From positions 94,798,001 through 94,862,000 of the forward strand of contig OZ024746.1 of NCBI GenBank assembly GCA_964016885.1: 64,000 nt of DNA, given 5' to 3'. Position 1 is the stretch's first letter. Each line of letters starts with the position of its first letter. The notes under the pieces are model-generated. The model saw nothing but the letters and a program-made list of their open reading frames with translations. It did not search any database and was not told where the DNA came from. The translations under genes were made by a program, and so were the position numbers. Shown piece after piece: positions 13,341 through 25,710 of this stretch. The stretch is from Eledone cirrhosa. Its lineage: Eukaryota.

Positions 13341-13474
13341 GGGTATGTTATAGCAGAGGCCCGCCTATTCTTTAGAGAGTGAGTCAGCCGTTTAGGACAG
13401 TGAACAGTTTGTAGGTTTCCAACCAGTTTCAATGCTTTAACAATATACACACTCGCATAAGTGTACACACATAT

Positions 13475-13545
<71 letters not shown>

Positions 13546-13736
13546 CTCTCTCTCTCTCACACACAAATATATGTATATAGATATATAGATATGTAGATAG
13601 ATGTATATGTATATATGCACCGATGTATAAATATATATATATATGGATATGTATTTATAATACGTATAAGTGTGTCTGTGAGAGAGAATGTGTGTGTGTA
13701 TGTATATACACACAAAGAGACATATGTATATAAATA

Positions 13737-13788
<52 letters not shown>

Positions 13789-13833
13789 TATCTATATATA
13801 TATATGTATATATATATACACATATATGTATAT

Positions 13834-13865
<32 letters not shown>

Positions 13866-13866
13866 T

Positions 13867-13908
<42 letters not shown>

Positions 13909-14367
13909 TATATATATATATATATATATATGTACATATATATATATGCATGCACATATATACATACATATGAATATTTGTGCGCGTGTACTTGTGTGTT
14001 GGTTTGTTTCAGTGAAGTACCGAAAAGACAGATTATGAGCTACAGGTAGTTTACACATAAATATGTTCATATCCTCTACCTACCACTCCACTTCAAGCGC
14101 CCCCATTCATATGATGATAACCCTCTCCCCTCCCCTTCTATCTTCCTTTCCCTCTCTCTGTCTATCTTGTCTTTTTTTTCCTTCACTTCTTTCTGACCCG
14201 TTTACACAAGATCAAAAGTTAAGTGTGTTGCTATGTGTGGCTTAGATAGTGTGTTGCTTTTGTTGCACACATACATACTTACACCTATCACCAACCCACA
14301 CACGCACACACAGACACACATGCACACACATATGCACACACACATCAATACCATAAGTGAGAATAAA

Positions 14368-15011
14368 CACAGGCTTTTACCCGAGCGTGAGTAAGTACAC
14401 CGTGCGCCAGTGACGTTCAAATAGAGTATTGTAATGTATGTACACCTATATTTATACGTGACAATATACACAGAAATTGAACGAAGACTGTGTTACACTG
14501 TCTTCTGTAATCAGTAACGTAATCCATGATACATTAAAAAAAGACGATATTATATATTTGCTAGCATGTGTAGTGTGTATATTGATATTATACGTAAGTA
14601 TATATGCATGTAGATATGATACATCAAATAAAATCGTAATTGACAATATACACAGAAATTGAACGAAGACTGTCTTACACTGTCTTATGTAATCAGTAAC
14701 GTAATCCACGATACATTAAAAAAGACGATATTATATATAAACTGCATTAGGAGAAAATTAGTGACGGAAATTTATGAATGTTTATTTAAGCGATCGCAAA
14801 CCGGAAGTATTGACATTTGAAAATGTTAAAGAAGAGAATCTTTAAATAAGTAATAAAATATATTTAATGAACAGCCACGAATGTAGTAGATAAATTATGT
14901 AATATTCATTCATTATTTATTCAAAGTAATCCAACTTATTTTACTAAGGGGGGGGGTGGGGGGTTATAAACCGTACGCAGTCCCGCGCTTCTTACTTTAT
15001 TATAGTTTAGA
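14368..15011 (-). mobile_element. putative non-autonomous Helitron with internal duplication
   Basis: minus strand starts A|TCTAAACTATAATAAAG (Helitron-like 5' end) and ends ..CGCTCGGGTAAAAGCCTGT (imperfect 3' end); ~100-bp direct repeat at 14459/14641. Confidence 0.4.
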
Positions 15012-15289
15012 TGGCTGCAAACTCTGCTAGGAGTATTGAAATCGCTTGTCAGATTATAGAGTTTGGTGCACTTTTAGGCTACGGTCAGCCACACGAACCT
15101 GTAACATACCCTGAACAAGCAATGCCTGTGCTTTGAAGCGTTTTTTAAAGAGGGGAAGGCCTTGTACTCGACCAAGCCCACTCTCTGAGTATCGAAAACA
15201 CTACCCGAAAGGAGAACTGATCAATATCCGAAGCCGCAGGTTTTTTTTTTTCAGAGTTTCCCTTTCCTAGAAAGTTGTTGTGACAACTA

Positions 15290-16292
15290 GATTACATGTT
15301 ACCAATAGCACCCGAGAGCGACCTGACATATTTATAAATACATACATAAAAAAATCGTGCATGGATATGTTGCCAGGAAGCTCCAGAGTGAGAGTAATAT
15401 AGATAAGCAAAGTAGTCTATATTGGACCAACAACCGCTAGATTGGCTCCCACTTTGAAGGATATGCTTTCGCAATCCAAGAACAGGAAATCAACACAAAA
15501 TACCTGAATCACAAAAGAGATAGGGATGCAGGCAAAACACCTAGATGTGACAACAAGTGCAGACTCTGCAGAATTAACATCGAAGATGTCTCTCATGTCA
15601 TAAGCAGCTGTCCAAAGATGTCATCGCGGTACTATCTACCTATGAGGCATGATGTAGTGGCCAAAACACTGTACAATGCAATCCGTAGAAAAGATAGCCC
15701 CGGCACATTAAAAGCTACAGCAATGTGAAAGACATACACATACATAATATGAAATGTGGATGTGGATGTTTTGAGTTGTATGTGTACATGTGCATATGTT
15801 TTGTATCTGTACATGACTTTCCAGATTTGTACTGGGGCAGTTACTAACATACCCAGATGCCAATATATTATTAAAGATTAGCGAAAAGGAGAATATCTAT
15901 GCAGAACTAATAAGAAATCTCCAGATACTCCACCCTGACTATACCTTCAGATTTATACCTGTGATTATAGGGGCACTGGGGTATGTTAGTAACTGCCCCA
16001 GTACAAATCTGGAAAATCTGATCTTCACAGAACCAGAAAGAGTACTAGTTAGGAAATTACAAATACAATCCATTAATGGAACAGTAAAAATATGTAAAAC
16101 ATTCCAAAAATTCTGCATGTAATAACTACATGTACAGATACAAAAGATATGCACATCTACACATCCACATCCACACATACAATAACATCCATACCTGCAC
16201 ACACATGCATGCATGCATATCTAACCAGTTGATGTGTAAATTACAATGAAAGAGTTTTGTGTCTATGTTAAAACCCGACTCTCTCTCTCTCA

Positions 16293-16331
<39 letters not shown>

Positions 16332-16600
16332 TGGTAAAAATTTATAGAATTATAAAACCAGAAGATCATAAATACATTCATACACACATACATACATACA
16401 AACATACACACAGACAACTCAAGACATCCACATCCACACATACAATAACATCCATACCTACACATGCATGCATACATATCTACCTAGTTGATGTTGTGTA
16501 AATTCCAATGAGAGAGTCTTGTAACTATGTTAGAAACCGACTCTCACTCTCTATTGTCAAACATTTGTGAAATTATAAAACCGGAAGAACATACATACAT
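15290..16600 (+). mobile_element. R4/Dong-like (RLE) LINE 3' fragment with duplicated 3' UTR
   Basis: encodes FEGYAFAIQEQEINTKYL..CRLC..EDVSHVISSC (CCHC knuckle)..RHDVVAK and ..FIPVIIGALG; 3' UTR repeated at ~16150 and ~16420. Confidence 0.75.
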
Positions 16601-16679
16601 ACATTACATAGACATACGTCGTGATGGCGATCATGGAGCACCCGGTTTAACAAAGATTTATATGAACACATATACGACC

Positions 16680-19060
16680 TGGGTCTAAAAAATGGTTTTA
16701 TGTGAAAGCTAAAAAGCTCTAGAACTTTTATCACCAAGAGCTAGAATTTGCCTCCAAACATTTAAATGTACAAGCAAAACGTATCATGAAATTAGATAAT
16801 GTGGAAATAATAAATAAAATGTTATAGCTTGTTTGAAGCATTGTATATAATATATAATGTGGAAAGTGATATATGTAAGAAGGCTAAACAATGCAAAATG
16901 GACGGTAAGATGAAGGTAACGAAAAATTTAGTTACCTGCTAATCTTTGTTTGGTTTTGTTGCTGTTGTATTTTTGTCCTAATATTTCGGGACAAGGGTGG
17001 TGGATTGGCAGTATCGGTAGAGGGTCGGACACCATGCTTTCCGGCATAGAGTTACGTCCCTTTACGGACTGAGTTCAAATCCCGCCGAGGTTAACTTTGC
17101 CTTTCATCCTTACAGGGTCGATAAAATAAGTACCAGTAATACACTGAGATAATTGCTGGCCTTGTGCCAAAAGTAGAAACAATATTTCGGGACTTAGAAT
17201 TTTCTTCTTGAGAGTGTAAGGAACTCAGAGAAAACTTCTGGTTTCTTCTCTTTGGAATTAAATGTGAATTCGTGCATTAAACCAAACTATCTGATTAAAA
17301 ACAGGCTGTCAGTGCCATACCAGTCATTGAAGAGAGTTTTCCCGCTACCATTAACAGAAACTGCAATACCAACATCAAAACTATTGGTTTGTCAAGTATG
17401 AAATTTGTAGAAATTTGTTTTTTCTTCTACAAATTTCTACAAATTTCATACTTGACGACCCAATACCACTGTTGGACTGACTGAATGGTCAGCCAAATCT
17501 AGCAGTAAACAATACACCAGCAATCTTGCTGAAACTCATACCGCGAAAGGAGGGGTATGGAAATCTTGTGGCTACTTTCTTTACAAGTGATCTGGGACGA
17601 TATTTTTCAGCAGGTTCACAACCTTAATTTGAGTTACAGGTGATACAACACCAAAATAAGCAAGAAAACCTCTAAATTAGAATTGGTAGTAGCAAGTGAA
17701 AGAACAGGAAAATCCCAGTCAAGAAGTGTAGATACAACTAACTAACCATAAAATCCTTCATATATATGTCGGCTATCATATATATGTCGGCTATTGCTGT
17801 TAAGGCTCGCAATCGAAATACTAGCAGAAGGCTTGAACCAGCATGGATTCACAACTTAAAAAATAAAATTGTATTCCTGCGAATAATTATCTCACAGATC
17901 CTTGTGATTATCAAATGTAACACAGACAACAATTTCACTTAAGAGAAAAATTTAAAAAGCGCCTTGAAGATATAGGATTTAAAATCCTATACTCCAAACT
18001 ATTTCAGAAGAAATATTAAAATATAAACGGCAAATGCTGAATAGATTATTTGCCAGAGATACCAAATCAGTCTATCGTAGTTCCACCAGGAACAGCTGAA
18101 TCTCTGTAAAAGAAAAAGACACCTTTACAGAAGGTCAGGTTGAGTTCTTGTGGAATTATGTATGGGAAAATAAACGATGAGTTCACCATTCAAGCTATAT
18201 GGCTAGAGCAACTAAATCAGACTACTGCTAACACTTTGAACAAAAGCAATATAAAATAGACGAGACAATACTGGAAATAGTCCTACAGTAAGTGTCGAAC
18301 AGGAAATCTCTAGGCCCAGCCCTTATAACAGCTTACTGGCTGAAGAATTCCACCTTGTATCAGTGTGATTTGAGGTTGTGTGGAGAGAGTATTAGGGGCA
18401 CAAAAGAACTACCTCAATGGCTATCAGCTGCAATTAATCTCCTCATCTCTCAAAATGCCTGATCACATATGGTAAACATTACTGCCCAATAACCTACCAG
18501 AACCTCGCGCACAAATTTTACACGGAGTAACTCAATCTATTCTTGTGCCACCAATAATATCAGAACACTTGAGCAAGTGGTTAAAGAAGGAAATATGTGG
18601 TTTTATAGAACAGCTTCCAATTAGCAACATGATTCAGGAAACAGTGACAAACTTCGTTGCTGTAGTGTAGTTGAACAACTAGATGGTCTTTCATAATATA
18701 CATCAGGTTTACAGTTAGCGAAAATCCCACTACCACTAGTAGCTGCCAAGCAACGCCTGACCAAGATTTGGTATATCACTTTGCTTCTTATAAGTGTTAA
18801 GAAGCTGATCGCGTCTGATACAATATATTATTAAAAGGTGTTTTGCGATGCGATAGCTTGTCAAAGCTGCTTTTTGTCCTCTCGTTAAACGTACTATCAT
18901 ATCTGTTTACAAAATATAGTGGCTATAGAAATGGATCCGGAAGTATCTCCTATCTTTTCTTTGTCGACAACTTGAAGTTATGTGGGCTAAATATCAATCA
19001 GACAAATAAGAAATTGGATCACAGATATTGGAAAGAAATTTGGTGAATCAAAATGCTCAT
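16680..19060 (+). mobile_element. decayed R4/Dong-like LINE (N-terminus to RT)
   Basis: RT remnants CDSLSKLLFVLSLN (QGDSLSPLLF-like) and ISYLFFVDNLKL (FxDD-like) at 18843-18980; N-terminus similar to the 51170-54290 copy. Confidence 0.65.
16993..17180 (+). mobile_element. SINE family 1, full length with 13-bp TSD
   Basis: A and B boxes; core GCCTTTCATCCTTACAGGGTCGATAAAATAAGTACCAG resembles the Meta-SINE domain; TSD aatatttcgggac at 16980-16992 and 17181-17193. Confidence 0.9.
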
Positions 19061-19416
19061 ACATACATGATGACTGCATTTCGACTTTGAGACTTGTTAA
19101 GACGATCCTTTTACACACATGGGTGGCAGATACATGACCTTTTAGTCAGGTCAAGGACTTGCACTATTTTCTGCATATGCTGCAGTGAATGAAAATAGCT
19201 TTTGTCGGCTACAGCCAGCCATACTCGTGCAATATACGAGAAATTTGTTTAGATAAAGCGATGCTTGTGCTTGAATCTTTTTTTAGGTCTTACAATAGAC
19301 CAATCCCACTTAATGTCATTGAGTCGGATATTTTGCATCAAAGTTTTCCTTTTTCTAGACTGATGTCCTAACAAGGACCAGGGGTCTCTCACATTCAAAT
19401 AATAATAATAATAATA

Positions 19417-19604
19417 TTGTTTCTACCTTTGGTACAAGGCCAGCAATTATCTCAGAGCATTACAGGTACTTTATTTTATCGGCCCCGTAAGGATGAAAGG
19501 CAAAGTTAACCTCGGTTAACTTGAACTTAGACCGTAAAGGGCCGCAACTCTGTGATGCATAGCATGGTGTTCGACTATCTACCGATACCGCCAATCCACC
19601 ACCC

Positions 19605-19648
<44 letters not shown>

Positions 19649-19768
19649 TGTTTCTACTTTAGGCACAAGGCCAGCAATTACCCAGTGTATTACTGGTACT
19701 TTATTTTATCGACCCCGTAAGGATGAAAGGCAAAGTTAACCTCGGCGGGATTTGAACTCAGAATGGCA
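19417..19768 (-). mobile_element. two tandem SINE family 1 copies separated by (AAT)n
   Basis: full copy at 19417-19606 and 5'-truncated copy at 19648-19768. Confidence 0.85.
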
Positions 19769-19781
19769 ATAATAATAATAA

Positions 19782-20222
19782 TAATGATTTCATTTATTAG
19801 CCACAAGGGCCGACATGTAGGGGACAATACAAAGACAGGGATAGTGGGGGGTTTACAATAAGGTCGAGTAAAAGTGCACAATGGCAAGACTAATTTAACA
19901 ATGATGATATAAAAATATAAAATAAACTAAGCATAAATATAACAAAATAAATTCAACGATAGGGGGTGGACGACCCTGGGGTGACTCAGGTACCCCACCA
20001 ATCCTGAACCACCCTGCGCTTCTAGGGCACCCAGGGAGAGCACCCCTCTCCTCAAGTTAGCTAGCTATAGGTGCATGGTCAGAGTAGGCTCATTCACACA
20101 AGCCATTCTCGCCACATTCACCCACCTTTTAGCAAATGTACTGGGGGGGGGGCAGCACTTCTCTCTCCACCCTCACCTTCCTTTCCAGGTGAAACTTGAA
20201 GAAGTTGATGAGGGATTGGCCG
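19782..20222 (-). mobile_element. L1/Tx1-like LINE 3' end
   Basis: minus strand encodes GQSLINFFKFHLERKVRVERE..FAKRWVNVARM then a 3' UTR ending AATAAATGAAATC(ATT)n; related copies at 27625-27970 and 28345-28480. Confidence 0.55.
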
Positions 20223-20652
20223 AAGAGAAAAATGTTCGCACATATTATTAAACCCTTCAATATATAAACCTTAAATAAATATTATTCTTAATTCCTTTTT
20301 CTTTAATCATAAACATCACCATCCATAAACCTCATTAACTTTTAATTTCAAAATCTTTTAAAATTATCTATTATCTTTCAGCGGTTTTTTTATTTTTCTC
20401 TGTGAGACAATGTTTTCTCACCTGTAAAGGCTATTTCTCTCTCTCTATCACCCATTTCTCCTCCTCTCTCCTCCTTCCTTCTTATACTCCTCCCCCGTCA
20501 TCCTTTATTTTCTTTCTTCCTCTTCCTTACCTTTTCCTACACCCCCCCCTCCTTTTTTCCCAATCTCATATATCCATCTTACTTTATTTTTCATATGTAG
20601 ATTTAAAACTTCACTGCTCACAAGTGTTTTTAAGCTTCATATCATGTCTCCC

Positions 20653-20719
20653 TATTTTATATGATGAGAACGCAAATATCATCCCATGATATTTGTTTTT
20701 AAATGCGAATAATAAAATA
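20653..20719 (+). ncRNA. mutated hammerhead copy in the 5' pseudo-LTR
   Basis: core CTGATGA changed to ATGATGA, GAAA disrupted, stem III tgcgca changed to tgcgaa. Confidence 0.7.
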
Positions 20720-20922
20720 CTTGGAACTCTTTTAACCATCTTTTGATCTTATATTATTTATACTCCAGTCCTATAAACTGTGGAGTGCTACTTATCCGAT
20801 ATTTGCATTGCTTTATTGTGCTACAATAAAACTCACCTCCTACATTAACTTGCTCCTTGACTGTTTGAGCGCTAACTCTTATATCGGATACCTTTGATGG
20901 TCTCTAGTTTTTCTTCTATAAC

Positions 20923-21377
20923 ATGTATTATTACAACATCACAACGTCACTTAAAGACATTCCTATACCTGGTAAATCTGAGTTCACTAAACTTCTGATT
21001 GAAAAAACTGACTCTTTTGTAAGAAGGCTTAGATGGATCGCTTTTTTCCACAACCAGCGCTTAAAATGAAATTTCTATACTAAGGAACATAACAATTTTG
21101 ATCATTTATTTAACTCTAGAATAAATCCTCCTTTCAACAAAAATCTAGCGCAGTTTGAGGAAAAATTAACTAATATCTTAAATTCAAGAGAAACCCTTAT
21201 AGAGGACAGGAGCACCTTATAAATCTCAGGAATACGATTTGGGACCTTAATTCCTCTAAAAATGTCTTAGTCCACTCCGACAAAACTAATAGTTTATATG
21301 GCGTATCTAAAGATAAGTATAATAACCTTATCCTTAAGGAACTAAGGAAGAATTATCGTAAAACTAACCATGACAAT
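20923..21377 (+). pseudogene. disrupted N-terminus of the PLE ORF
   Basis: ATG at 20923 gives MYYYNITTSLKDIPIP..LIEKTDSFVRRLRWIAFF; in-frame TGA at 21067; frameshift near 21190-21220; then ..VHSDKT.. in frame with the 21378 ORF. Confidence 0.75.
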
Positions 21378-23321
21378 TTGGAATCTATAAACTTCGAAGC
21401 TTCTGAGATTATGTCTAAACTTGGCATCGAGAAAAAGACCGAACCATTCTTCCCAAGAACTCCGAGGATAAATCTCAAGGATCATAAAAGTAACTTTCGA
21501 ACGGAACTGCCTGTTAGACTAATCGCCCCCTCTAAATCAGATCTGGGGGTTGTTAGTAAATCCTTCTTGGATAGAATTATCCCCCAGGTTCGTTCTAATT
21601 GCCCTATTTCTAACTTAAATTTATGGATTGGTACATCTGAAGTAATTGGCTCGTTCAACGACCTGAATAATAAAAACAAACAAAAATGTATTCAGTTTGA
21701 CATTGCCAGTTACTATTCTTCTATTTCGCCTTCACTCCTCAACAACGCTCTATCTTTCGCATTTAAATATTCTGACATTACCACAGATGAACTTTACATC
21801 ATTCTCACCGCAAGAAAAACTATCTTGGAATTCAACAGTGAATATTGGACTAGAGCTGATACTTCCAACAACTTTGATATCACAATGGGTGCGTCCGATT
21901 CATCGCAACTGGCGGACTTGATTGGTATCTTTATTTTGAATTCTTTAAATCGGAAAATTCCTCAACTTCGCGGTGGAATTTATCGTGACGATGGACTTTT
22001 TACTATCTTAAACTGTAACTTAGTTAACCTTAATATTATTAAGAAGAATATACTTGATCTATTTAAGCACCATAACCTTAAAATTGAATTTGATAACAAC
22101 ATCAAACTAGCTAACTTCCTGGATATATCCCTTAATCTTGACACTGGCCTATATTACCCTTACCATAAAGACAATGAGAATCTAAATTATGTTAATTTTA
22201 AATCTAACCACCCCACTAACGTTAAAAATGCTATAGTCAGTAATATTGAAAAAAGAATCTCAAATTTATCCTCTAATAAAGTTATCTTCGACGCTAATGC
22301 CAATTACTATAATAATGCGCTTTCCAAAGCCGGTTATCCTGATAAAATTAAATACAGTAAAGAAACCAATCATCGAAGGACTTATAGTAAAATAGTTAAT
22401 TATGAACATTCCAATAACTTAAATAAAAGACCTAGATACAAAAATATGATTTGGTATAATGCTCCTTTTTCTCTATCTATTACTAGTAATATTCCTAAAC
22501 TATTCTTTAGGGCCTTAGGTAAATGCTTCCCTCCCTCGCATATCTATAGTAAAATCTTTAACAAACATACAATCAAATTCTCTTATTCCACCACTTCCAA
22601 CATCTCTAACATTTTCTCTAAACACAATAATAAAATATTAAATAATAAATTATATCCATCCAACACTGAGCGTCATAATAATAGCAATAGTATACCCGAC
22701 GTCAATGTTAACTCTAGGCTAGATTCAGTAAATTTAAATACGACGTCAAACGTAACTTCGTTGAATGTTCATAACACCAATCTAAATCAGGAAACTATAG
22801 TTCCTATCGTAAATAACTTCTCCAATCCAATTCCTTCTATAAATAATACTAGGTCACTTGTTAATAACTCTGTTAATTTCTCTAATCGTAATTGTAATTG
22901 CCCTGTTAGAACTAAATGTCCTCTTAATAACCAATGTCTGGATAAAAACTTAGTGTATGAATGTAAGGTTATAACTGGTACTAATTCTTTTACCTATTTC
23001 GGTTCCACTTCCACTTCCTTTAAAGCAAGATTTTATAATCACAAATCGTCTTTTAAATACCAACTTAAAAGAACTAACACGGCACTCTCGGAACTCATAT
23101 GGTCCTTAAAAGACAAAAATATTAATTATAACATATCTTGGAGGAAGGTTTGCAACGCCTTTCCTTACCGTAATTCTTCCCTAGCCAGAACATGTAATCT
23201 CTGCCTAGCCGAGAAATTTACCATTATAACTAATTTTAATTCTATAATAAATAGACGTACGGATTTATTCTCGCTCTGCTTGCATAAATCCCATAGAACT
23301 TTCCATAAAGTATACAGCTAA
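21378..23321 (+). CDS. PLE reverse transcriptase + GIY-YIG endonuclease (647-aa open portion)
   Basis: RT motifs FDIASYY, MGASDS, YRDDGL, NFLDISL; Cys motif CNC..CPL..C; GIY-YIG-like VYECKV..YFGSTSTSFKARFYNH; C-terminal CNLCLAEK. Confidence 0.92.
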   Translation: MESINFEASEIMSKLGIEKKTEPFFPRTPRINLKDHKSNFRTELPVRLIAPSKSDLGVVSKSFLDRIIPQVRSNCPISNLNLWIGTSEVIGSFNDLNNKNKQKCIQFDIASYYSSISPSLLNNALSFAFKYSDITTDELYIILTARKTILEFNSEYWTRADTSNNFDITMGASDSSQLADLIGIFILNSLNRKIPQLRGGIYRDDGLFTILNCNLVNLNIIKKNILDLFKHHNLKIEFDNNIKLANFLDISLNLDTGLYYPYHKDNENLNYVNFKSNHPTNVKNAIVSNIEKRISNLSSNKVIFDANANYYNNALSKAGYPDKIKYSKETNHRRTYSKIVNYEHSNNLNKRPRYKNMIWYNAPFSLSITSNIPKLFFRALGKCFPPSHIYSKIFNKHTIKFSYSTTSNISNIFSKHNNKILNNKLYPSNTERHNNSNSIPDVNVNSRLDSVNLNTTSNVTSLNVHNTNLNQETIVPIVNNFSNPIPSINNTRSLVNNSVNFSNRNCNCPVRTKCPLNNQCLDKNLVYECKVITGTNSFTYFGSTSTSFKARFYNHKSSFKYQLKRTNTALSELIWSLKDKNINYNISWRKVCNAFPYRNSSLARTCNLCLAEKFTIITNFNSIINRRTDLFSLCLHKSHRTFHKVYS

Positions 23322-24321
23322 TATCTCAATACATAATTAGTTTGAAATCTTCTTTTCTCAAAGGCTTTTATATCTATTACACATATACCCATCTTTCTAC
23401 CTTATTTCCGTATATTATATTATACAATTTACTCATTCTATGTCGTTAGAGGTCCCCTATCTTTCTTCTTTTTATCCTTTTTCCTTTCTTCCCTTTTTTT
23501 CTTTTTTAATTTCTAATCTTTCATCTGTAACTTTTACTTCCTAATTATTTCTTAATTCATATCATTACTCACTATGGCATTTTCCATTTTTCCATTTTTC
23601 CTCATATTATTGGCCATAGAAACTATATTTTTTAATATATAATAATATTACCATTAGAAAATTTTATAAAAATGTATACTTTTTGACGTTAGATATTTTT
23701 TCTTCCTTAAATTTTCTTTTTTCTTCTCTCCTTCCGTGCTCGTAATTAAACCTATTATTTACTTTTACATATTACAATACATAAAAACAAACTTAAAGCC
23801 TAACTAATTTCTCTAAGTTCATAATTCATTCAATCTCTCCTTCTTTCACATTATATCCTTAATATCCTTAATATTTTTATTTTAATAATACATATTAATA
23901 AATTCCTTTTTTTTCGCACATATTATTAAACCCTTCAATATATAAACCTTAAATAAATACTATTCTTAATTTTTTTTCATAAACACCACCATCCATAAAC
24001 CTCATTAACTTTTAATTTCAAAATCTTTTAAAATTATCTATTATCTTTCAACGGTTTTTTAATTTCTCTCTGTGAGACAATATTTTCTCACCTGTAAAGG
24101 CTATTTCTCTCTCTCTATCACCCATTTCTCCTCCTCTCTCATCCTTCCTTCTTATACTCCTCCCCCGTCATCCGTTATTTTCTTTCTTCCTCTTCCTTAC
24201 CTTTTCCTACCCCCTCCTCCTTTTTTCCCAATCTCATATATCCATCTTACTTTATTTTTAATATGTTGATTTAAAACTTCACTGCTCACAAGTGTTTTTT
24301 AAGCTTCATATCATGTCTCCC

Positions 24322-24392
24322 TATTTTATCTGATGAGAACGCAAATATCATCCCATGATGATATTTGTTTTTGAAATGCGCATAATAAAATA
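24322..24392 (+). ncRNA. type I hammerhead ribozyme (PLE 3' pseudo-LTR)
   Basis: stem I tattttat/ataaaata; CTGATGA; stem II caaatatcatc/gatgatatttg; GAAA; palindromic stem III tgcgca; AUA triplet. Confidence 0.88.
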
Positions 24393-24838
24393 CTTGGAAC
24401 TCTTTTAACCATCTTTTGATCTTATATTATTTATACTCCAGTCCTACAAACTGTAGAGTGCTACTTATCCGATATTTGCATTGCTTTATTGTGCTACAAT
24501 AAAACTCACCTCCTACATTATATAGTTAGATAGATAGATATATACACATACGTGTGTCTGTGTGAGCGTCTGCATATCTGCATTTATATTTGCCCTCATT
24601 TATGTGGGTCCGTGATTATACACACACATAGACACGTATATATATATATAGAGAGAGAGAGAGAGAATTAATACATCTACCAACATATGCGTACAGATGT
24701 ACACTAATACTAGTAAATATATAAGTTATGTCAAAGTACCTAGGTGGTTCAATGCAGGGGGATGCAGAACAATTATATGAAAGACGTAAAATAAGAAAAT
24801 TTAAAAAATTAAAAATTAACTTACTTACTAAAATTTTC

Positions 24839-24920
24839 ACTCCAACTAATTAGTTTCTGTAATGGGATAAATATAGTTACACAATGTAACTATCGAGAAT
24901 TCATTACGTCATCAGGGAGT
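24839..24920 (-). ncRNA. type I hammerhead ribozyme
   Basis: actcc-CTGATGA-gtaatg..cattac-GAAA-ctaattag (palindromic)-TT-ggagt; GUU triplet. Confidence 0.85.
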
Positions 24921-25448
24921 CTATTCTCAGCTAAGTTCCCAGGCAATGCGCGGACACTAGGAACCCATATAAAAATAATAATTCAGAGGATGTAATAAGC
25001 TAGCGGGGATTAAATTCCATAGCACTGAAAAAGTTCACTGCCTCTGGTCAGTGGTGGATTCTAAAGAATCAATCACGTGACACTGAGGTTAGTCAGTTAG
25101 GAGTGGGGTGGTATTATGACAAGAGCCTACTACTACTACTATGAATTAGCAGTAGATTTGGCAAGTTTGCTCAACAAATAATTTGGAGATAAATATAGAG
25201 AATTAATACATCTACCAACATATGCGTACAGATGTACACTAATACTAGTAAATATATAAGTTATGTCAAAGTACCTAGGTGGTTCAATGCAGGGGGATGC
25301 AGAACAATTATATGAAAGACGTAAAATAAGAAAATTTAAAACATTTTTAAAATTAAAAATTAACTTACTAAAATTTTCACTCCTGAATTATTATTTTTAT
25401 ATGGGTTCCTAGTGTCCGCGCATTGCCTGGGAACTTAGCTGAGAATAG

Positions 25449-25530
25449 ACTCCCTGATGACGTAATGAATTCTCGATAGTTACATTGTGTAACTATATTT
25501 ATCCCATTACAGAAACTAATTAGTTGGAGT
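25449..25530 (+). ncRNA. type I hammerhead ribozyme (inverted-arm copy)
   Basis: same motif as 24839-24920 on the opposite strand. Confidence 0.85.
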
Positions 25531-25586
25531 GAAAATTTTAGTAAGTAAGTTAATTATTAATTTTTAAAATTTTCTTATTTTACGTC

Positions 25587-25633
<47 letters not shown>

Positions 25634-25642
25634 TACATAAAG

Positions 25643-25708
<66 letters not shown>

Positions 25709-25710
<2 letters not shown>

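Larger units (their letters stand above)
20235..24520 (+). mobile_element. Penelope-like retroelement (PLE) with pseudo-LTR direct repeats
   Basis: ~610-bp direct repeats at 20235-20847 and 23913-24520 flank an RT+GIY-YIG ORF; hammerhead in the repeat; 3' end runs into TATA. Confidence 0.93.
24662..25590 (-). mobile_element. non-coding hammerhead retroelement (retrozyme-like): 540-nt monomer + partial direct repeat + inverted arm
   Basis: direct repeat 24662-24843 / 25197-25383; inverted arm 25383-25590; flanked by (TA)n. Confidence 0.85.

Noticed and set aside
11087-13564. 825-aa LPTY-repeat ORF
   Set aside because: translation of an (ACCT)n tetranucleotide array; not evidence of a gene
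16993-17090. tRNA gene candidate (A and B boxes)
   Set aside because: SINE head with TSD and many copies; no cloverleaf
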